A stretch of DNA of 64,000 nucleotides from Bdellovibrionales bacterium (GTDB lineage Bacteria > Bdellovibrionota > Bdellovibrionia > Bdellovibrionales > JAGQZY01). The notes beneath the pieces were generated by a model. That model was not told the origin of the DNA. It ran no database searches and worked only from the letters and a program-made list of their open reading frames with translations. Both the position numbers and the translations under genes were made by a program. Shown in pieces: positions 53,301 through 59,300 of this stretch. The stretch's first letter is position 1; each line of letters starts with the position of its first letter. The stretch spans positions 459,108 to 523,107 of the forward strand of contig CAXRHT010000003.1 in the NCBI GenBank assembly GCA_964230645.1. The letters run 5' to 3'.

Positions 53301-56300
53301 GTACTTGTACAGGAACATTAGCCAGTGGTTCAAGCTGTACTGTGGAAGTGGCCTTTTCTCCAACAGCGACAGGGGCTCTTTCTTCGACTCTGACTTTTCA
53401 ATATAACAATGGGGCTTCCACTGTTACCGAGACAAAAGTTCTTAACGGTACCGGAGCGACTCCGGCTCTTGTGACAATCAGCGGTTCTGACCCTGTGGAT
53501 TTTGGAAGTGTGACTCAAGGATCAAGTACAAGTTTAACTCTCACTCTGAATAACACTGGAACGGTCAATGCTACAGGAATCAGTGGTGGTGGATTAACCG
53601 CTCCTTTTGCTTTTACTGGAGGATCCTATCCTGGATCGGCCGGAACTTGTGGTGATCCCATTTTACCGGCCACTCCTTGTACCATTGAGTTACAATTTTC
53701 CCCAACATCTCCTGTAGTTAGCACTTCGCAAGTGGATATCAACTACAACAATGGGGCGGGCGCTCAAACGAGTACCCGTACATTAACAGGTGAAGGTATC
53801 GCTCCAGCTCTACTAACAATGAGTTTAGGCGATCCTTACGATTTTGGAACGGTAGCCAATGGCGGTGGTATCCGAAGTCAAAGTTTTACAATCACGAATA
53901 TTGGGTCAAGTTCTGCCACAGGTATGAATGAAATTGGTATGGGAGGAGACTTTGACTTCTACCTCACCACTTATCCAGGAAACGGTGGAAACTGTGGGGC
54001 CTCACTGCCTCCAGCTGGAACTTGTACGGTCGTTTTAGAGTTTACACCAACAAGTCTTGGACCTGCTGCCAGTACTTTTGATTTACAGTACAACGATGGT
54101 GTTAATACACAAAATTTAACTAAAGATGTGCAAGGTGTGGGTGGGAATCCTGCGGTTCTCTCTATTTCTGATGGACCGACTTACAATTACCTAAGTAAAG
54201 CGATTGGGTCATCAACTTCTCACTTGTTTACTGTCACAAATACCGGGGCGGTGACGGCGATCTCTATGGCTGACGCCGGTACGCTCAATCCTCCATTTGT
54301 CTTTACCGGTAGTGGATATCCTGGGGACAACGGAGACTGTGGAGCGACTTTGGCTTCGAGTGCGACCTGTACTATTGAGGTGGCTTATGAACCGACAAGC
54401 CCAGGGTCTTCTACAGAAACTGTCACCTTAAGTTACAATGATTCCATCAACAATCAGACAGCTTCAGTGGGTGTCACTGGAACAGCGACGACAGCTGCCA
54501 ACTTGAGTATTACTGGTGTAGACCCTGTCGATTTTGGCAGTGTCACTCAAGGGGCCTCCAGCAATGTGGTGTTTACTCTAAATAACTCCGGAGGAGTGGC
54601 CGCCACAGCAATCACTGAAGTTGGTATGAGTCTACCGTTCCGCTTTCGTGGAGGAAGTTATCCGGGAACCTCTGGAACATGTGGTACCAGTTTAAGTTCC
54701 GGTCTTTCTTGTGATATTGATGTCGAATTTTTACCAACGACATCTGGCTTTGTTTCACAGACAATAGATATCAATTATTTCAACGGACAGTCCACTCAGA
54801 GTGTGACTCGCGACGTGCAAGGAACAGGACTCGATCCCGCTATACTTGGTATTTCTGAAGTGAATCCTTATAGTTTCGGCACAAGACCTATTGGCTCTTC
54901 AACACTTCACGTGTTTACAGTCACTAACACAGGTGGTTCTGAGGCCACCGGTATGGCCGGTGGACCACTGTCATCTCCTTACCGATTTGAGGGCGGAACT
55001 TATCCTGGAACTTCAGGAGATTGTGGAACCAATTTAATTGCTGCAGCTTCCTGTACTATTGCTGTTGAGTTTTTACCAGTAACGACAAATCCAAGTTACA
55101 CCGACACAATTACGATCAACTATACGGATGGAGCCAGCGGACAAGTGTCCACTCGCGACATCGTCGGTGTTGCGGTGAATCCGGCGCAGTTAAGTATTTC
55201 TGAATCGGATCCTTACAATTTTGGCTCTCATCCCACCGGAGACAATGTTACTCATATATTTACTATCTCTAATACAGGTGGAGTGACAGCAACGGGAATT
55301 GTAGAGAATGGTCTTGCCGCTCCTTTTACTTATGTTGGTGGAACTTATCCAGGGACTGGTGGAGACTGTAGTCCGAACCTCGCTGCTGGAGACTCTTGTA
55401 CAATAGAAGTTCAGTACACTCCTGCGACTGTGGCTACTCATCCTGATACAATCAGTTTTGATTACAATAATGGTGTGAATCCTCGGACGGAAACTCGGGA
55501 TGTGACTGGAACAGGTGTAACACCAGCCATTATCGATATCTCTGAATCCGACCCATATGACTTTGGATCGGTCGCCGAGATGAGCTCTAGAACCCACTTT
55601 TTCACATTAACCAATAACGGAAGTGTCAACGCCACATCCATTACAGAATCAACTTTATCAGCCCCTTACCAGTTTGCTGGAGGCGGCGGATTCCCTGGTG
55701 CTGGTGGAGACTGTACGGCGACTCTGGCACCAGCTGCGAGCTGTACTATTGAAGTCGAGTTTGCTCCCACTACAACAGGTGTGTTCAATGACTCAATCAC
55801 TATCCAATATAACAATGGAGCCAGTACCACATCTCGAATAAGAACGATCACTGGGACTGGTACATCAACGGCTAACCTTGTGATTACGGAGTCACCTTCT
55901 TACGACTTTGGAAACGTCACAAGTGGTGGCGGAACAAGAACTCATATCTTCTCGATCACTAACACAGGTGGAGTGGACGCCACGGGCGTGCTCGGTGGTG
56001 GATTGTCTTCACCATTTAGTTATACAGGAGGTTCGTTCCCTGGTAGCGGTGGAAACTGTGCCGATCCAATCCCTGCTTCAAGCACTTGTCAGATTGAAGT
56101 GAGTTTTACACCTGTGGCTAATGTTCTGACTTCCGATTCCATTGAAGTAGACTACAATGATGGTGTGGCTCCAAGACAAGTGACAAGACTTGTGCAAGGA
56201 ACAGGTGTGGCTCCGGCTCTATTGACGATCTCTGAATCCGATCCTTATAGTTACGGCATCGTACCGATTTCTGGTGGTTTTAGAGATCATCTCTTCACTG

Positions 56301-59300
56301 TTACGAATAGCGGAAACTCTGTGGCGACTGGTATTTCTGAAATTGGTTTGGCAGCGCCTTTTGATTTTGCCGATGGCTCTTTCCCTGGAACGGGGGGAGA
56401 TTGTGGTACTTCACTCGGAGTGGGGGCAAGTTGTGATATCGTGATTCGCTACACGGCTTCAGCCATTGGAGCTCAAGCCGATACCATCAGTTTACAATAT
56501 AACAATGGAGCTTCAAGCTCGACTTCCAATCGCGACGTTCAAGGAACAGGCGGACAACCCGCCACCTTAAGTATTACAGGAGCTGATCCTTACAATTACG
56601 GCACAGTTTCCGTTGGTGCTACTGTAACTCAAACATTCACGGTACAAAACACCGGAGCTGTGGCAGCAACCAGTATTTCTGATGCTGGTACAATGGCCGC
56701 TCCTTACACCTACCGTGGTGGATCGGGCTTTCCTGGAACGAGTGGAACCTGTACCGCCACAATCGCTCCGGGGGGCAGTTGCACCATTGTTGTCGATTAC
56801 ACTCCGAGTGCACTCGGTGCTCAAGCCGACGATATAGAATTACAATTTGATAATGGTGTGATCACAACCAGTTTCACTCACGGTGTGACTGGAACAGGAG
56901 CCAGTGTTGCCAACTTAACCATCTCTGAGACGGAACCCTACGATTTTGGAACTGTTCCAGTTGGTGGAAATCTCGATCATATATTCACTATCAATAACAC
57001 CGGTGGGGTACCTGCTACAGGAATTACTGGAGTTGGGTTATCCGCTCCTTTTAGTTTCAGTGGCGGCGCTTTCCCTGGAACCAACGGAACTTGTGGAACA
57101 ACCATCAACAACGGCGTTCCATGTACCATTGAGGTTCGCTATAGCCCTGCTGCAACAGGAACTTTAAGTAGCAATATTAACTTACAATACAATAACGGAA
57201 CTTCAGTGGTGAACTCCATTCGCGGGGTCCAAGGAACCGGAGCCGCTCCAGCTTCTTTGACGATTTCTGATGGACCTGGAAACTATAATTATGGCGTAGT
57301 CACCATTGGAAACTCGCCCACGCGCACATTTACCATTACAAACAATGGTGGTGTGGATGCCACAGCCATGTCCGGTTCGGGCTTGAGTGCTCCTTTCACA
57401 TTTGCTGGTGGTAGTGGTTATCCCGGTGGAGGAACTTGTGGAGCGACCTTATTACCAACAGCCTCTTGTACTGTGGTTGTGGAATACGCTCCTTCGGCGA
57501 CCGGAACACTCAATGACACGATTGAAATCTCTTTCAATGATGGAGTCGGTGTACAAACAGCGACAAGAGGTGTACAGGGTACCGGTCAAAACCCTGGACT
57601 CTTAACGATCAGCGATGGTCCTACTCATAGTTTTGGTACAGTGACAGTTGGTAACTCAAGAGACTATACTTTCACAGTTCAATACACAGGCGACGCTTCG
57701 GCCACATCGGTGGCTGATGGTGCAGGCTTAGCGGCTCCTTTTGATTGGAAAGATGGTGTTTATCCTGGAACGGGTGGAACTTGTGGTACTTCAATTAGTG
57801 CGGACTGTACAATCGTTGTTACCTATGCTCCAACTCTTGCCAGTGCCGGGGATAACGACCAAATCGTGATCAATTACAACAATGGTGCCAATGCAGTGAA
57901 TGCCACTCGTGATATTACGGGTGTGGCTGCCGATCCAGCTCTTCTTACAATTTCAGAAACCGATGGTTACAGCTTAGGAAATGTTGTAACCAATGCCACC
58001 ACCTCCCATGTCTTTATCGTAACGAACACAGGGAACACGGATGCAACAAGTGTGTCAGAAATCGGAATCGGAGCTCCTTACAGATACCGTGGTGGCTCTT
58101 ACCCAGGAACCAGTGGTAACTGTGGCGGCACATTAACAGCGGGTAACAACTGTAGCCTTGATATCGAATTTGCTCCAGTGGCCACGGGTGCTGCTCCAGA
58201 AACAATCAATGTGAGTTATAACAATGGTGTGAGCACTCAAAGTGTGCAGAGAAATATTACTGCCACCGGTATTGCTCCTGCTAACATCACAATTTCAGAA
58301 ACCGACCCTTATGATTTTGCAACGGTCGCCATTGGTAGTTCAAGAGCTCGATTGTTAACTCTAGAAAACACAGGCGCAGCAACAGCCACTGGAATGACAG
58401 GGGCGGGGCTTGCCGGACAATTCTCTTTTAGAGGAGGCGGAGGTTATCCTGGTGCTGGTGGAGACTGTGATGCTGATCTAACGCCTGGCGAGACTTGTTT
58501 GATCGAGGTGGCCTTTGCACCAACGGCCACTGGTCTTGATAGTGATACAATTGATATTAACTACAACGATGGCGCTGCGGCCCAAACTTCAAGCCGTGAT
58601 GTACAAGGAACTGGAGCCAACCCCGCTCTCCTTACTATCAGTGAATCCGATCCGTTCAACTTTGGAACACATGCGACAGGCTCAACTGCTGAATACACTT
58701 TCACAGTGACAAACTCGGGAGGAGTCAATGCAACAGCCGTAGCCGATGGACTTGGTTTAGCCGCTCCTTACGACTGGAAAAATGGAACCTATCCTGGAAC
58801 TGGTGGTACCTGTGGTACCACTATTACAACAAGCACACCATGTACCGTGGTCGTGACTTTCTCGCCTACAATTGCCGGAACACAAAATGATGCCATCGTG
58901 ATCAACTATAATAACGGTGTGGGTGTTGTGAACACTCAAAGGCAAGTAGAGGGTGTTGGAGCTGATGCCGCTAATCTGACAATATCTGACGGTCCTACCT
59001 TCGATTGGAATATTGTGACTGTTGGTTTTAGTGCTCAATACACTTTCACCATTACCAATACAGGTGATATTTCTGCCACTTCAGTGGGAGGAACCGGTCT
59101 TGGTTCTCCTTATTCTTTCTTTGGTGGCAGTGGCTATCCCGGTGGCGGAACTTGTTTAACCAGTATTGCCCCAGGAGCTTCTTGTACTGTAATTGTTGAA
59201 TTTACGCCGACGGGCTCGGGTACTGCTAATGATACCATGCAAATCACATACAATGATGGTGTGACGTCGCAAATTTCCAATCGTGATATGACAGCCACGG

